Shown: piece by piece, positions 1-12,212 of the stretch
How the letters are laid out: each line of letters starts with the position of its first letter
Position numbering within the stretch: position 1 is the stretch's first letter
Source: Batkoa obscura
Taxonomy: Eukaryota
NCBI GenBank assembly: GCA_030770535.1
Contig: JASVEC010000011.1
Span: 186,001-250,000, forward strand
Length of the DNA: 64,000 bases
Direction: 5' to 3'
Notes under the pieces: model-generated
What the model was told of the DNA's origin: nothing
Databases searched by the model: none
Seen by the model: only the letters and a program-made list of their open reading frames with translations
Position numbers and translations under genes: made by a program

Positions 1-229
1 AATTATTATCAAAACTTAAGTTTTTTAAATATTATAGCAACAAAAATAAATATCATACCTTAATAATATAAGCAACCTTCTTGTAAACTGGGTATGTAAA
101 CTAACTAAAGAACAATATAATCATAGTAAAAATTACTAGCTAAACTTAAGCTTTTTGAAGATTATAGTAATAAAAATAAGTATTATAAATTAATATTATA
201 AGCAAGCTTCTTTTAATGGGTATATAAGG
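1..229. repeat. Degenerate direct duplication (~100-bp units at ~1-100 and ~131-229) upstream of the S41 peptidase
   Basis: aaacttaagttttttaaatattatagcaacaaaaataaa...ataagcaaccttcttgtaaactgggtatgtaaa recurs 130 bp later as aaacttaagctttttgaagattatagtaataaaaataag...ataagcaagcttcttttaatgggtatataag. Confidence 0.65.
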
Positions 230-291
230 CAATTAAAATATATTAAAGATGTTATAAAATTATAGAACAAAACAAATATTTATTTAATACT

Positions 292-2196
292 ATGCAACCT
301 AATTTTCTCTCGTTGATAACTCTATTTGCTACTTTAGTATCTGGTCAAAACAACACCAAAACTACTGATCCCTGTGCAAAGATAGCCAGCAAGTCAGTAA
401 TTAGTTATAAAGATGTACTTGCATGTTATGATAACTTTAAGTTGACTGATAAAGTACGTGATGGTGTTTCAGATACTTTAAAAAAGATCCTTCCTTTCTA
501 TGCTTTTATTGATATTACTAAAAGATCCCCTGATCCAAAAGTACCTAGTTATATTGATATTAAAGCTAAACTGAACAAAGTCTTATCTAAAAAATATGAT
601 ACTGAACGTGATTTCCAAGTTTCTATTGTTAAGTTTTTCAATACTTTAGAAGATGGTCATACTGAATACACTTCCAATTGTTTCTCTAGGTTTGTTTTTA
701 GACAACCATTTCCATTGTATTCTGAAGAAGGCAAGTGGGGAGAAGTCAAAGTAAAGATCCCTCAAGATTTACGATATAATCAACCTCTTCTTGATGCTTG
801 GAAAGCTGCTGGTGTAGATGTATTAAGCTATGCTGGCGCTGAAGTGTTATCGATCGATGGTAAACAACCACTCGAATTTGTTGAAGAGTATGCTAAACAT
901 TATGTTGGTACATCAAGAGATGTTAACTCTCGTATGAATTATGCACTTGCACGTTCCATTCAAAGTAATGGTCAGTGGGGTATTAGTTATGGTAGCTTTG
1001 GTTCTACTACTATTCCACCAGTTAAAGAAACTTTAAGATTTAGAATTCGTGTTGGTAATGGTGAAAAAGAAGTAGTTGTACCTTATATTGCTACTTCAAA
1101 TGTAGAAAGTCCATTTACTGATGCTAAATCTTTTTATGATAACAATTGTGCTGCAGATGATTACGATGCTCTCATAAAAGATATTTTCGGAGGAGGTAAC
1201 GGTAGGCTTCAATTATTAGAAGTGCCCAAAGTCAAAAAAATTCCAATTGAAGCACCACTTGAATCTAAAGACTCTAGATTAATTGATCCTCTTTTAACTG
1301 CTGTTGTTGATGGTACTTATATTAAAACTTACATTTTACCCGATAATGTAGGTGTTGTTCACATTTCTACCTTTTCAACATACGAAAGAGATATATGGTC
1401 AAGAGAACTTTATGATGGTTTTAAAGCACTTCAGGATGAAAAGGTAGAAAAATTGATCTTAGATTTAAGTAATAATGGTGGTGGTTATATCTGTTGGGGT
1501 TATAATGTGTTGGATTATCTCTTCCCAAATGCTGCTACTAAATTTTTTAACACTGATATGCACTATTCTCCTTTACTTGCTAAGCTTACCCAAAATTCAA
1601 CCAATGGTTTCTTTAGTCCAAAATTTTATAATCAGCCTGATGGTAAACCATTCGCTTCACAAAACGCCTTTACTAACATCAAGACCTATAACCGTGGCAA
1701 TAATAGAAACAGTCAATACACCCCACAATTTCAAGAAAAATGTGATACTAATCCATTAAGATCTTTATTAATTAATAATACTCAGCCATTTAAAACTGAA
1801 AATATTGCTTTAATTTCCAACTCCATCTGTTATTCTACTTGCACTTTATTAAGTAACGGTATGCAAGAATTCCATGATGTTAAGAGCTATGCTTTTGGCG
1901 GTCTTAAACATAAAGATGCTACTATTGGTTCCCTTGCTGGCGGTACTGTTTATTCCCTCGATAGCCTTTTAGGTAGCTTAGAATCTTCAGGATTAGATAA
2001 AGATCCGGCTGCTCCACAACCACTCCCAACTAAAGGTGGTGTTCGTTTCACTGTTAGAGAGGCTTATTCTTCTAGATTTAAGGAGCCTCGTCCTTTAGAA
2101 TTCACCTGGAATCCAGCTAAACATCACAGAGCCTATAACGCAGAAACTACTTTTAACCCATACAAGGTTTGGGAACAGGTTGCTAAAGATTTATAA
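292..2196 (+). CDS. Secreted peptidase S41 family (tail-specific protease-like), intronless
   Basis: 634-aa ORF with signal peptide; D-G-H motif (LEDGHT), VGVVHISTF, LILDLSNNGGG and SNSICYSTC motifs typical of fungal S41 proteins. Confidence 0.85.
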   Translation: MQPNFLSLITLFATLVSGQNNTKTTDPCAKIASKSVISYKDVLACYDNFKLTDKVRDGVSDTLKKILPFYAFIDITKRSPDPKVPSYIDIKAKLNKVLSKKYDTERDFQVSIVKFFNTLEDGHTEYTSNCFSRFVFRQPFPLYSEEGKWGEVKVKIPQDLRYNQPLLDAWKAAGVDVLSYAGAEVLSIDGKQPLEFVEEYAKHYVGTSRDVNSRMNYALARSIQSNGQWGISYGSFGSTTIPPVKETLRFRIRVGNGEKEVVVPYIATSNVESPFTDAKSFYDNNCAADDYDALIKDIFGGGNGRLQLLEVPKVKKIPIEAPLESKDSRLIDPLLTAVVDGTYIKTYILPDNVGVVHISTFSTYERDIWSRELYDGFKALQDEKVEKLILDLSNNGGGYICWGYNVLDYLFPNAATKFFNTDMHYSPLLAKLTQNSTNGFFSPKFYNQPDGKPFASQNAFTNIKTYNRGNNRNSQYTPQFQEKCDTNPLRSLLINNTQPFKTENIALISNSICYSTCTLLSNGMQEFHDVKSYAFGGLKHKDATIGSLAGGTVYSLDSLLGSLESSGLDKDPAAPQPLPTKGGVRFTVREAYSSRFKEPRPLEFTWNPAKHHRAYNAETTFNPYKVWEQVAKDL

Positions 2197-2668
2197 AAAT
2201 ATATGCATAACACAATCAATAAAAAAAGAACTTTTTTTAATCCGTTATTATTTACAATATTTTTCAAAAATTAATGAGTTAAATTAAACCCAAGGTTTAA
2301 CCTTTTTCCGTTTGTATTTAAAGATGTACTAAATAAACATAAACAGGACGAGAATGATGGCCATGTCTTTTAGGTTTAAAATACTGAGAAGGTACAGTTA
2401 TTACCCAATTGTTTTTTTCTTTAATTTGGAATCGGTCATATTAATCTTCAAATTTAAACTTACCATAAACTAGAGAACTTTATGTGATTTTAACTGAGCA
2501 CTCTAACTTTCACATCAGCAAAAGAGATGTAAACCCCTTGATACTTTATTTTAATTTTACATCTAAAAAATAAAAATCGTTTATTGTGAAAATAATTGTA
2601 TTTTTATAAAAAATTAATTTTTTTTAAAACATGTCATATAAAAGTATATTTAGAATTTGATAATAAAA

Positions 2669-3438
2669 TCAACTTGAATTCTCCTTAATAAAGTCAGCAA
2701 TAGCAGAAGCACGAGTATAGACACCCGGAAAACCTTCACGACCACAACCATCACCCCACGAGATAATACCAACTAACACTGCGGTTGAGTCTTCTTCGAT
2801 AAATATTGGACTTCCAGAATCGCCTATACATGCATCTTTACCTCCTTCTGGGTATCCAATACAAAATTGATATTCAACATCTAATTTAGGGTACACTTGC
2901 TTGCATTTGGCAATATTGTATACTGGTACTTCGACTTCATTGAGGACTGATGAGGTCTCATTTGTTTCGGATGTAGTACATTGATCAATGGATTTGAGAA
3001 GAGTATTGCCAGCATTTGAATATTTACCATTATCTAATTTTATACTAGTAGATGGTTCCGATTGTGTATCAAGTTTCCAGATAGCAACATCATAAACATA
3101 AGTTTCTTTTTTATATTCTGGATGAACAATATGCTTTAAAACATTATAAGTCTCTCCTTCTTCAGAAGATTCATCTATCTCTAGATTATGGCGATGCACG
3201 TGAGGAGTCAGCTCTATGCCTTCGCCAAGAAAAAATTAAGCATTTGTAATCACAGTGTTTCCGTTGTATAAAATACCACCTTGAAGATAAAAACCTATAT
3301 CAGTAAGGGATACCATCCATGAATATTTGAATTTAGGTGATAATTCATTACCACCTACAATAGGAATAGTGGGTTTATAAATGGTATGTTACTAGCAAAA
3401 GCAGTACCAAGGAGAGCTGAAATAAGGTTGGATTTCAT
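2669..3438 (-). pseudogene. Trypsin-like (S1) serine protease pseudogene
   Basis: ATG at 3438 gives a signal peptide then IVGG; in-frame TAA (3236-3238) at the catalytic His position (VITNA*F vs consensus TAAHC); same frame continues through YDVAIWKL, DACIGDSGSP and VGIISWGDGCG. Confidence 0.85.
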
Positions 3439-4835
3439 TTCTATATTTCATAAACAATAAAGTTGCGTACATCTTGAGCATTTTGAGCTTGTATTTATAC
3501 TTAATCGTATATTTAGTAAAACAGAATTTTCTAACTATCTTATTACGCCACATAACAAAAATGATATAAGTGGTAAAAGATGATTAAGTATAAAATTTTT
3601 GATGAGCTGTAATAAAATTTTATATTGATTTTGTTAAACGCAGTTACACTAAGTATATTTAGAATTACAATACTTGTTGAACTTTTATGCTTTTACTTTT
3701 ATATTTTTATATTTTTATACAATGCAAATAAAACAAATAAAGATAAAACAACCAAGCAAACCTCTTAATAAAATTTTAGACATTATAAGTTAGCTAAAGT
3801 TTATTATAACATTATTAAATGAGCGCTTTTTAAAGTTATGTGTAATATTGAAACAAATTAACTTTATCAGAATAAATATTATAAAAAGTTTATTGTAAAG
3901 TTGATTTAGTATTTTATAATGGCAAATAAAAGTTAAAATAAAAGTTTATAAATAATTAATAAAATCTATTTGTATTATTAACAGTAAAATCATTGAATAA
4001 ACAATCAATAAAGTAATCAACATTAATAAGTAAAATACAATTTTATTTTCTTCTCCATGATTTGGTGCTAATCTACTTCAATTGCTCTAATGGCGCTTTT
4101 ACTATATCTCCTGCTAGCTATGTGTAGCTTCTGAAAGCTTTTATGTCCTTTGTGCTTTTTACCCAAGCCTTTGTCGTAGCTATAAGGTTTTGAAGGTAGA
4201 ATCCACATATATATAATTCTTGCTCAATTGTTTTATAACCTTCTAAAACTGCAAGTAATGTACTCAAGGGTTGAGCACCTTTATACAAATTGTAATTTTG
4301 AGTAATGAAATTTAGGTTGCTAAAGCCTAGAATCAATACATTTGGAATTCAAACTTCTGCACTAATTTCATAATTTTCAAGTACTATACTATACACTTAC
4401 TTAATATTTACCCACTTTCCATTCAGTTTCTTTTTTATCTTTTCTTTTTTTTTAAAATCCATTCAAGGAACAAAGCTCCTGAATGCTCTATTAGTGGAAG
4501 CAGAAGAAATGAGAATTAAAGTGGTAATTTTAAAAGATAGTAGTGGTAGAGTAGGAATGGTAAACAGCTTCATGGATTGTGAGAATAAGGGAATATTCTA
4601 GCTCGTTTAGATCAGTTTTCAATCTGGGAAAGTTATATTCGATTTAAATTTTCTTATTTCAAATAATAAAGTATATTGATAGCTCACCTGCTTCAAGAAT
4701 ATACAGGGTGGTTATAACAGAAAGTAGCATTTCTAAAGTTTGATAAAAATAACCAAAAAAATTAAGAGAGCAAAGAAAATAATAATAATTTAATATTAGT
4801 ATAAAAACATTACAATTTATTTCAAATTAATATAT

Positions 4836-4933
4836 AGGGGTATAATTTTTATTTACCAATTTTACTAATAATTTTTTCATTCAAATAGCGTTTAAAAACT
4901 GGAAAAAGTGATGAGACCGAAAAAAACACCCTC
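4836..4933 (-). mobile_element. MITE copy (degenerate, reverse orientation)
   Basis: Matches the reverse complement of the ~100-bp family (ttttactaata...ttcaaatagcgtttaaaa...aaaaaacaccctc); flanks atat/attt. Confidence 0.7.
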
Positions 4934-5331
4934 ATTTGGCAAAAATTACAAATCCCCCATCATGAATTCTCCACTTTTCAAATACCAAGACTTCTTCAAG
5001 TCCTGATTCTTCTACACTAGTATGGTACCCATCTTGGCAGAATTATATGTATGATGCCAAAAAATCTTTTCCGTATCATTAAGAAGAAGTTTAATAATAA
5101 GATGAATGAATTTTAAATGACAGATTATTAATTACTAAATTAACATATATATCAAATATTGTGAAAAGCCTCTTCTATTAAACTATTATATTAAAAAAAC
5201 GGCCAATACTTGCTAAAAATTACCAATAATAGTAGTTATACATCCAAGATAGATATAAAAATGAAATATATAAATGAAGTGTATAAATGAAATAAAATTA
5301 ACATATTCAAAAAAAAAATTTGGTTCAAAAT

Positions 5332-6285
5332 ATGAAACCCATTTCAATAATATTTACTACTCTATTAGCTTCCAACCATATATTAACAGCAAATGTTACC
5401 GAGCAGGATTATTTCACTCGGCTTAAACAAAGCCTTGACATGTTGATCAAAAATATACAACCTCCCAGATGCCAAGGGACGAGAATAAGTGAGAGGTCGT
5501 TAATCCAACCAGGAAACGAAGTTGATGGAAAAATCTATGCCCGATTTGCGGGTGCATCTTATTGCTCTAATAAAAATGTACTAAACTGGAAGTGTACCCA
5601 TTGTATGAAAACCCAAGATTTAATTGAGGGTATTAAAATACTGGAAGATAGGACTACCGAAACTAGAGGATACATCGCAATAAATAATAACCGTAAGGAA
5701 ATTATCATCTCGTTTCGTGGCAATTCTAACTTGCAGAATTGGTTACTAAGTGTTCAAATTGGCAAAGCACTAATGATGTTTGATGGTAAATCTTATAATG
5801 TCCATGCTGGGTTTAAAAAAGCAACAGATGCTTTATTCCCTGTTGTTTCATCTAACCTAAAATTAATGTTGTCTTCTTATCCTCGATATAAAGTAGTTGT
5901 AACTGGACATAGCTTTGGAGCTGCAATTGCTAGTTTGATGGCGTTGAGGCTTAAACATGAATTAAATTTAAATGATAATCAGCTTCGACTGTATACCTAT
6001 GGTGCCCCAAGGATTGGAGATGCTACTTTTGCAAGGTTTGTCAACCAAAATGGTTTTACTGTTGGAAGATTTGTTAATGCAAACGATGTAGTACCTCACC
6101 TCACAGCTGAAATAATTAACTTTACCCATCATCAGCAAGAACTCTGGGTAAATGGTATGAGTACTAAACTATGCAGCACTTCTTTTTTAGAGGACCCTGA
6201 GTGCTCTTATAAAGAGTGGTATCGCCCTAGCCCAGGCGCGCACCTTGAAATTTGGGGCATCCCGTTAGGTAATGCCAGTTGTTAA
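5332..6285 (+). CDS. Secreted class-3 lipase (alpha/beta hydrolase), intronless
   Basis: ATG at 5332 with signal peptide; ISFRG, VHAGF, VTGHSFG nucleophile elbow, TYGAPRIG, DVVPHL and a C-terminal His. Confidence 0.92.
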   Translation: MKPISIIFTTLLASNHILTANVTEQDYFTRLKQSLDMLIKNIQPPRCQGTRISERSLIQPGNEVDGKIYARFAGASYCSNKNVLNWKCTHCMKTQDLIEGIKILEDRTTETRGYIAINNNRKEIIISFRGNSNLQNWLLSVQIGKALMMFDGKSYNVHAGFKKATDALFPVVSSNLKLMLSSYPRYKVVVTGHSFGAAIASLMALRLKHELNLNDNQLRLYTYGAPRIGDATFARFVNQNGFTVGRFVNANDVVPHLTAEIINFTHHQQELWVNGMSTKLCSTSFLEDPECSYKEWYRPSPGAHLEIWGIPLGNASC

Positions 6286-7568
6286 TTTACATAGATCTGG
6301 GATTTATTTTAATTCTATTAAGGAAATTATAATTTTTTAAAAAATAAAATGGGTACATAAATTTAGCATAATATTTTTTTCTATGTAAATTCAAGACGAA
6401 TCTATGCTGATTTTATTTCCAAAAGAATTCTAAAGGCGTTATGGTAGTGTGTAAGGGAAAAATCCAAAGTCCTTAATAATATATAAAGCGGAAAAAGAGA
6501 TAGAGGAAGGTAAGAATGGTTTCAATAAACCTATAAATTTGGTAGGAAACTTTTTGGCTCTGGAAATTTTTCAGTGGATTGGGAAAGAGAGCTCCTTAAT
6601 TGCTAAAGATTCAAAACCTGGTACAAGTGATAATGAGACAGGGGAAGAAAAATCAAAAATTTTATTAGTATAACAAACCGTTATTGAGAGAAAGATTGAT
6701 CCAACAGCCGTGTGGAACATGGGAGGGGGAATTGAGAGTGTAGTGGGGTCGAAATCGGATGGATCATTCATGTCATGAATAATGGGAAGAGGAATATCGG
6801 GAGGAAACAGTCCTGGGATTTGATCCAAGGATCTTTATAGAGGTGACAATTATAAAAACAATGAAGGTGACCTTTATAAACAAATCTCAAATAAGGCAGT
6901 TAAAGGGTGAATTCCGGGAACGTTTTTGCAGTTGCCAGTTTTATAGACCCCATCAACAACTGATTATGTAAAATATATAAGTTTGTGTGTAGTATATAGG
7001 CAGCTACCTAATGATCTAGGCGTGATTTAGTGATTGAAACTAGGGAGAAAGGGTAGGTTAAGAGATTTTTTATGATTAGGAAACGACAGTTGAAAAGAGT
7101 TTTAGAATTTGGTGTAATATTTAATATATTGGCTTTATTTATCATACGCTCGATACTAAAGTAAATTTTTCTAAGATTCAAAAGAAATCAGTTCTATTTG
7201 CAGATCTATTTTAAGTCTAACACTTCATTTATTTTCTTTGACCATAAACGTTGATTTCAAATAAAATGTTTAACTATAAAAAAATACAATTGTTCTATAC
7301 AATATTACTATTTGTAGTCTTTACTGTTTATTACATAATGAAGTAAGATTATCAAATTTTAAATTTAAAAAAATATTTTTACATCTTTTTTGAGCTATTT
7401 TCTCTTTTTCTATTCATTGATAAACCATTTGGATGCTTGTCTGCTTTAAGATTTTGATTTTTGAAAATAATTGCCAACAATTAAGCTTGAATTTTATTGG
7501 CTATTTTTCATTTCGAAAAAATAACCAAAAATTTAAAAAATAGCAAACTTTTTATTTTTCAAATTCAA

Positions 7569-8724
7569 ATGTTTTTTCAACGCTTAGCAACTCGGTTAGC
7601 TAGATTAGAATCCAGTTTGATATCCTTAAATAGGATTCGTCGATATGCTACAGTACTGAATGAAACTTCAAATTTAAGCAAACCAAATAGTAAGTGCATT
7701 TTCTATAATTAAATGGACTTTTGATTAATTTTGAATTCTGTAGAGATCAATGATGGAACTAAACAATTGTTTTCAACCAGTCAAACAAATAGATTAGATG
7801 AGGATGTATTAAAAAGATACCAAGATAAATTACAACAAAAAGCTAAAAGGTACTATATTAAGTTTTATGCTTTGTTTTTTTTTATTAATAAAATGGTTAG
7901 TAAAGGAGTATCTACCGTCGATGATTTATTAAATGAGCATTTCGAAGCTGAGAAAAAGAGAGAAAGTATAATTAAAGAAAGTCAAGTAAAAGAAGTCAAT
8001 AGTACAGAGAGCGAAAAAAAGATTGAAAGAGAAAAAAAGACTACAAACGATGCTGCTCAAGTAAAGAATAACTAACTATATTTTTACTTTAAAACTAATT
8101 GATGATTAAATTTAGGCTTCATTAGATAAAATCATGAATTTAGAAAAATTGAAAGATTTAGATGCAGAATCTATTTCAAAGGTGTGGAATGCTTATCATT
8201 TAAAAAAAGAATGTATATCAGCAGTAATGCCAATTAATACTTATAATAAATTTTTAAATTTATTTAAAGAATATCCATGTGTAAGTTAGAAAATATCAGC
8301 AACAATTAAAAACGAATTCAACTAATAATATATATTTTTATATTTAATATAGTTCTTATTACCATTGCCCCGTGAATCTGGAGGTCATGAATTCTATTTT
8401 ATGCAAACCCATTATCATCAAATTTATTTCACTTCTTTAATTGAATACAAAACTCATGGTTCACAAGCAAGACCACATCTTATCATCACCCATTACCCCG
8501 AGTTAAGTAAAGAGAAGGAAATTGTATTAATGAAAGGCGAATTAGGTAATAATGATAATGAAAAAGTTCCTTTAAGTTTAGAAGATAGTAAATTACTCAT
8601 ATTATTAGTACAACAATTTTATTTAATTGGGGATGAAAAGAAGTTTGAGTTAGTTAAAAAATTTAATAAACAACCAGAAGAGTTCGATCATAATCAATTA
8701 GTGTTAGAAGCTGGGAAGTTATAA
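7569..8724 (+). CDS. ATP11: Mitochondrial F1-ATPase assembly factor Atp11 (about 5 exons)
   Basis: Arg/Ser-rich presequence; SLDKIMNLEKL..ISKVWNAYH..ISAVMP, FLLPLPRE..GHEFYF, FTSLIEYK, ELSKEKEIVLMKG, VQQFY; GT-AG introns near 7690, 7850, 8061 and 8281. Confidence 0.9.
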
Positions 8725-8878
8725 AATTAAATAAAAATTAAAAGTAGAATTGAATTGAATTTATTATTTAATTTGGTTATGAGTTATATTATATTATATT
8801 ATTAGGGAAATTAATTGTTTATTAAAAGTTCATTTGTTTAACATTAATAGTTTTAATAATAATAATTAAAGTACAATT

Positions 8879-8953
8879 GAGGATGTATTTTTTTGTTTAA
8901 GAATTTTACTAACAATCTTTCCACTTAAATAATGCTTAAAAAAATACATCCTA
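8879..8953 (-). mobile_element. MITE copy, internally deleted
   Basis: ggatgtattttttt...aaaaaaatacatcc inverted ends enclosing the family core tttaagaattttactaacaatctttccac. Confidence 0.75.
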
Positions 8954-9133
8954 AATATAAATCTGATTTAGTATAATGAAATTTTTAACGTCACAAATAA
9001 TTTTAAATCTTTAACTCAACTCCTATTTATATAAATTATAAAGGAATGATAAAAAAAATAATCAAATTAATAAATTCATTAAAAATATTTATCTTATTTT
9101 ATTTTGTTTTATTTTAAATATAAATCTAATAAT

Positions 9134-10624
9134 TTATTCCCTTAATTCAAAATCCAAATATAATTCTTTGGGATATAAGATAGGATGAGGAGTCAACTTA
9201 ATTCTATCTCTATTACAATTCTTTTCAGAAAACTTGATTTTAAACTTATTAACCAGCATAGACAATACAACCTTTTGTTCTAATCTTGAAAAATTAAGTC
9301 CTAAACAAATTCTTGAACCTCCACCAAATCCATTAGTAATAAATTTAGTTTTCAATTCCTTTTCATTCATATTTTCATCTAAAAATCTTTCTGGTTTAAA
9401 TTCATTACTATCTTCCCCCCAAATTTCTGGATCTCGATGTAAAGAATAAATACTTAAGGCTAATCTAGTACCTTTCGGTATAATATAATTATCAAAATGT
9501 AATTCTTCTTTACAAACTCTATCTGGTAACCTAGATACTGGTGGATATAATCTTAAACTTTCTTCCATAATAGCAAATAAATAACTCATTTGTTTTGTTT
9601 GTTCAATAGTAGGAATAGTATCTGGTTGTTTTAATAAAAATCGAACTTCTTCATATAATTTCTCTTGAATTTCAGGATATTTAGCTAAAAAAAATAATGC
9701 TACTCCTAACACACATGCCGTTGTTTCATGACCTGCTAAAAAAAATCCTAATATATTATCCATTAATTCTTTATTATTTAACCCATCTTTTTCTTGAGAT
9801 TGTATCATTAATGTTAATAAATCATCATGAGCATTATGTACATCATCTGAATTTTTCTTTTGTTTAATTTCTTCTCTTCTTTCATCTAATATTTGATCAA
9901 AATAAGATTGAAGCCATTTAAGGTCATCGAACACTTTAGCTCTAAAAGGGTTCCATGGTTTATCTAAGAAAGGGAAAAACAAATAAATGGGAACAAAAGA
10001 ATTGGACAGAATATTATTATAGGCATTTAAAAAGGGAGCATTTGGATCATGAATTGCATCAAATTCCACATCTAAAACAGCTTTACCTAAGGCATCAATT
10101 GTAATGGATTGCATATAAGAAAATACATCAATATCTTTTCCTTTCTTATCTAGTAATATTTTTGAAAATTGATTAGTAATTTGACCAAAAATCTTTGGCT
10201 CAAATTGTTTATGAAAGGGCGGATTGACCACAGAACGATGCCTTTTCCAAGTCATATAATTGGAAAAGATGACATTTACCCCCATAAATTTGGAAAATAA
10301 AGCTTCTGGGAAGATATCTTGAGGTATATTTTTGGGATATTTATTGGGATACATGAATATTTCTTTTGCTATTTTAGGACTAGATGCTATTACGGCCCAT
10401 TCTCCTTGCATCCAGGTACGTACAATTTTTTTCTCTTTTAGCACAGGATCATAGTATTCTTCAATCGTGATATCATACGGTTTTCCAATAAAAAAAGCTT
10501 CTAAACTTTGATATAAACTTATACCTGGTAATGGGAGTAATTCTTTTCGACAATGAAAAATTCGGTAAGCTAGATAAACAATGGGGGCTAATATACTTAA
10601 TGTTAAGAGTAAACTTTGGATCAT
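9134..10624 (-). CDS. Cytochrome P450, intronless
   Basis: 496 aa; N-terminal TM, AGHETT (I-helix), EESLR (ExxR), FKPERF, FGGGSRICLG heme motif. Confidence 0.97.
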   Translation of the reverse strand: MIQSLLLTLSILAPIVYLAYRIFHCRKELLPLPGISLYQSLEAFFIGKPYDITIEEYYDPVLKEKKIVRTWMQGEWAVIASSPKIAKEIFMYPNKYPKNIPQDIFPEALFSKFMGVNVIFSNYMTWKRHRSVVNPPFHKQFEPKIFGQITNQFSKILLDKKGKDIDVFSYMQSITIDALGKAVLDVEFDAIHDPNAPFLNAYNNILSNSFVPIYLFFPFLDKPWNPFRAKVFDDLKWLQSYFDQILDERREEIKQKKNSDDVHNAHDDLLTLMIQSQEKDGLNNKELMDNILGFFLAGHETTACVLGVALFFLAKYPEIQEKLYEEVRFLLKQPDTIPTIEQTKQMSYLFAIMEESLRLYPPVSRLPDRVCKEELHFDNYIIPKGTRLALSIYSLHRDPEIWGEDSNEFKPERFLDENMNEKELKTKFITNGFGGGSRICLGLNFSRLEQKVVLSMLVNKFKIKFSEKNCNRDRIKLTPHPILYPKELYLDFELRE

Positions 10625-10657
10625 TTTTTTTTAAAAAAGTGTAGAGTCTTTGATTTG

Positions 10658-10700
10658 TTGTTATTTTATAGTGGGTGTTATTTTATAGTGGGTGTTATTT
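10658..10700. repeat. 17-bp tandem repeat (~2.5 copies) just upstream of the P450 ATG
   Basis: tgttattttatagtggg tgttattttatagtggg tgttatttt. Confidence 0.7.
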
Positions 10701-12212
10701 TAAAACAAGTGATGTTCACTCTTTTTATTTTTAATGACTGAAAATCAAGTTGAAATCTACGTTATAAACTGTAGTTAACTAAATTATTATCTAAGATAAA
10801 CTTTTTGATAAGTATTTTAGCCTTTGATTTTTATAAACTTATAATTTTTTATAAAACATCTTCTATTATTATATAACGAAAGTAATGTTCTAATTTATAT
10901 ATTTTTATAAAATATAGAAAATAATAATAAAATTCTAAAACAACTAATATTACAGCAAATACATTTCAATATTAATCACGATATCCGATTACTAATCCAA
11001 AAAAAACATGAAATTTAATAAGTTATCTGAAACTTAGGTAGTTTTTAAATTTAAAAAAAAGATTTTAAAAATTTTGTTGTTTTATTAGGAAATCATTTCA
11101 TCAGTTTTTTTAAATTAAACTAAATTCTTTAAATTCTATAATTCAACTTATGAATTTCAATCCATTTTAATATCCGCTTAATATTAAATTGATTGAGCTA
11201 ATGTTTATTATTTTGGCACCTATTGAATGTTAAAGGGTGCATCAATTAATAATATTACATATATGATATGCCGACATTTAGTTTTAATAATAAGAATATT
11301 TCGAATCTCATCTTTATAATTTATTTTTTAATCATGCTAGTAGTATGTCAACAAGTGACTATAGTGATCTGTTTAAAACCACAAATCAGATTACTATTAT
11401 TTTAAAAATTTAGTCATCTTACTAATAAATTGGCTTGTCAAAAATCACCCTGATCTAGAATGTTCTGAAAATTAAAACTTGGAGTTGAAAGAAAAAACTT
11501 TAATTTCAATAGTAGTGGTACAAAGCTGTAACTTATAATAACAGTTAAAAATTTGATATCAAATTTTATCCTCATTAAAAAAAAGTTAACTAAACGATTC
11601 TATTATGTTTATTGGTATGTTGAAAAAGAGAATTCATAATATATTCACTATTTGTAATATTAACCATGTATAAATAAATTTTAATTCTATGAAGTTATTT
11701 TATCTTTTTCATTTTTAATTAATCCAAATAACACTATAGAAGCTAGCTAACTAGAAATCTCTAATAAGCGAATTGCTATTTTTGTAGGCTGATATTGTTC
11801 CTCAATCCTTTATGAGAATACATATTAGGTGTTTTTAATAGAAATAAATTACATCATCAATCAAATAATAGTGTATTTCTGCAGTATATATGTTTATAAA
11901 ATCAAAATAATACAAATGTATAATACACTACTGTTATTGCCGTCTTAAACAATAAACCCTTTTTAAGCTAATTCTTATTTCTAATATATGATTTAGCCTT
12001 GAGTTCTTTTAATTACTCAATTTTAGCATGCCAACATGAATGAATTTTCATTTAATCAAAAATAAAGCGAAAAATAAAATAAAATCAATTTAACTGGATT
12101 CTATAATTAACTCGGCCAATAAAACTGAACTTACTTCAGATAAGGTGGCTTTAAAACAAATGGGTCCTGAATTTAAAGAATCCATTTTTTTTTCTTTAAT
12201 CTTTAGGAAAAA

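Noticed and set aside
3236..3238. Stop-codon reassignment or readthrough explaining the in-frame TAA in trypsin
   Set aside because: Conserved genes here (PRE9, CHD1, ATP11, AKR) end at TAA in the expected place, and the trypsin has other degenerate motifs
4100..4740. Possible decayed gene on the minus strand
   Set aside because: Slightly coding-like but stop-riddled, and no family recognisable
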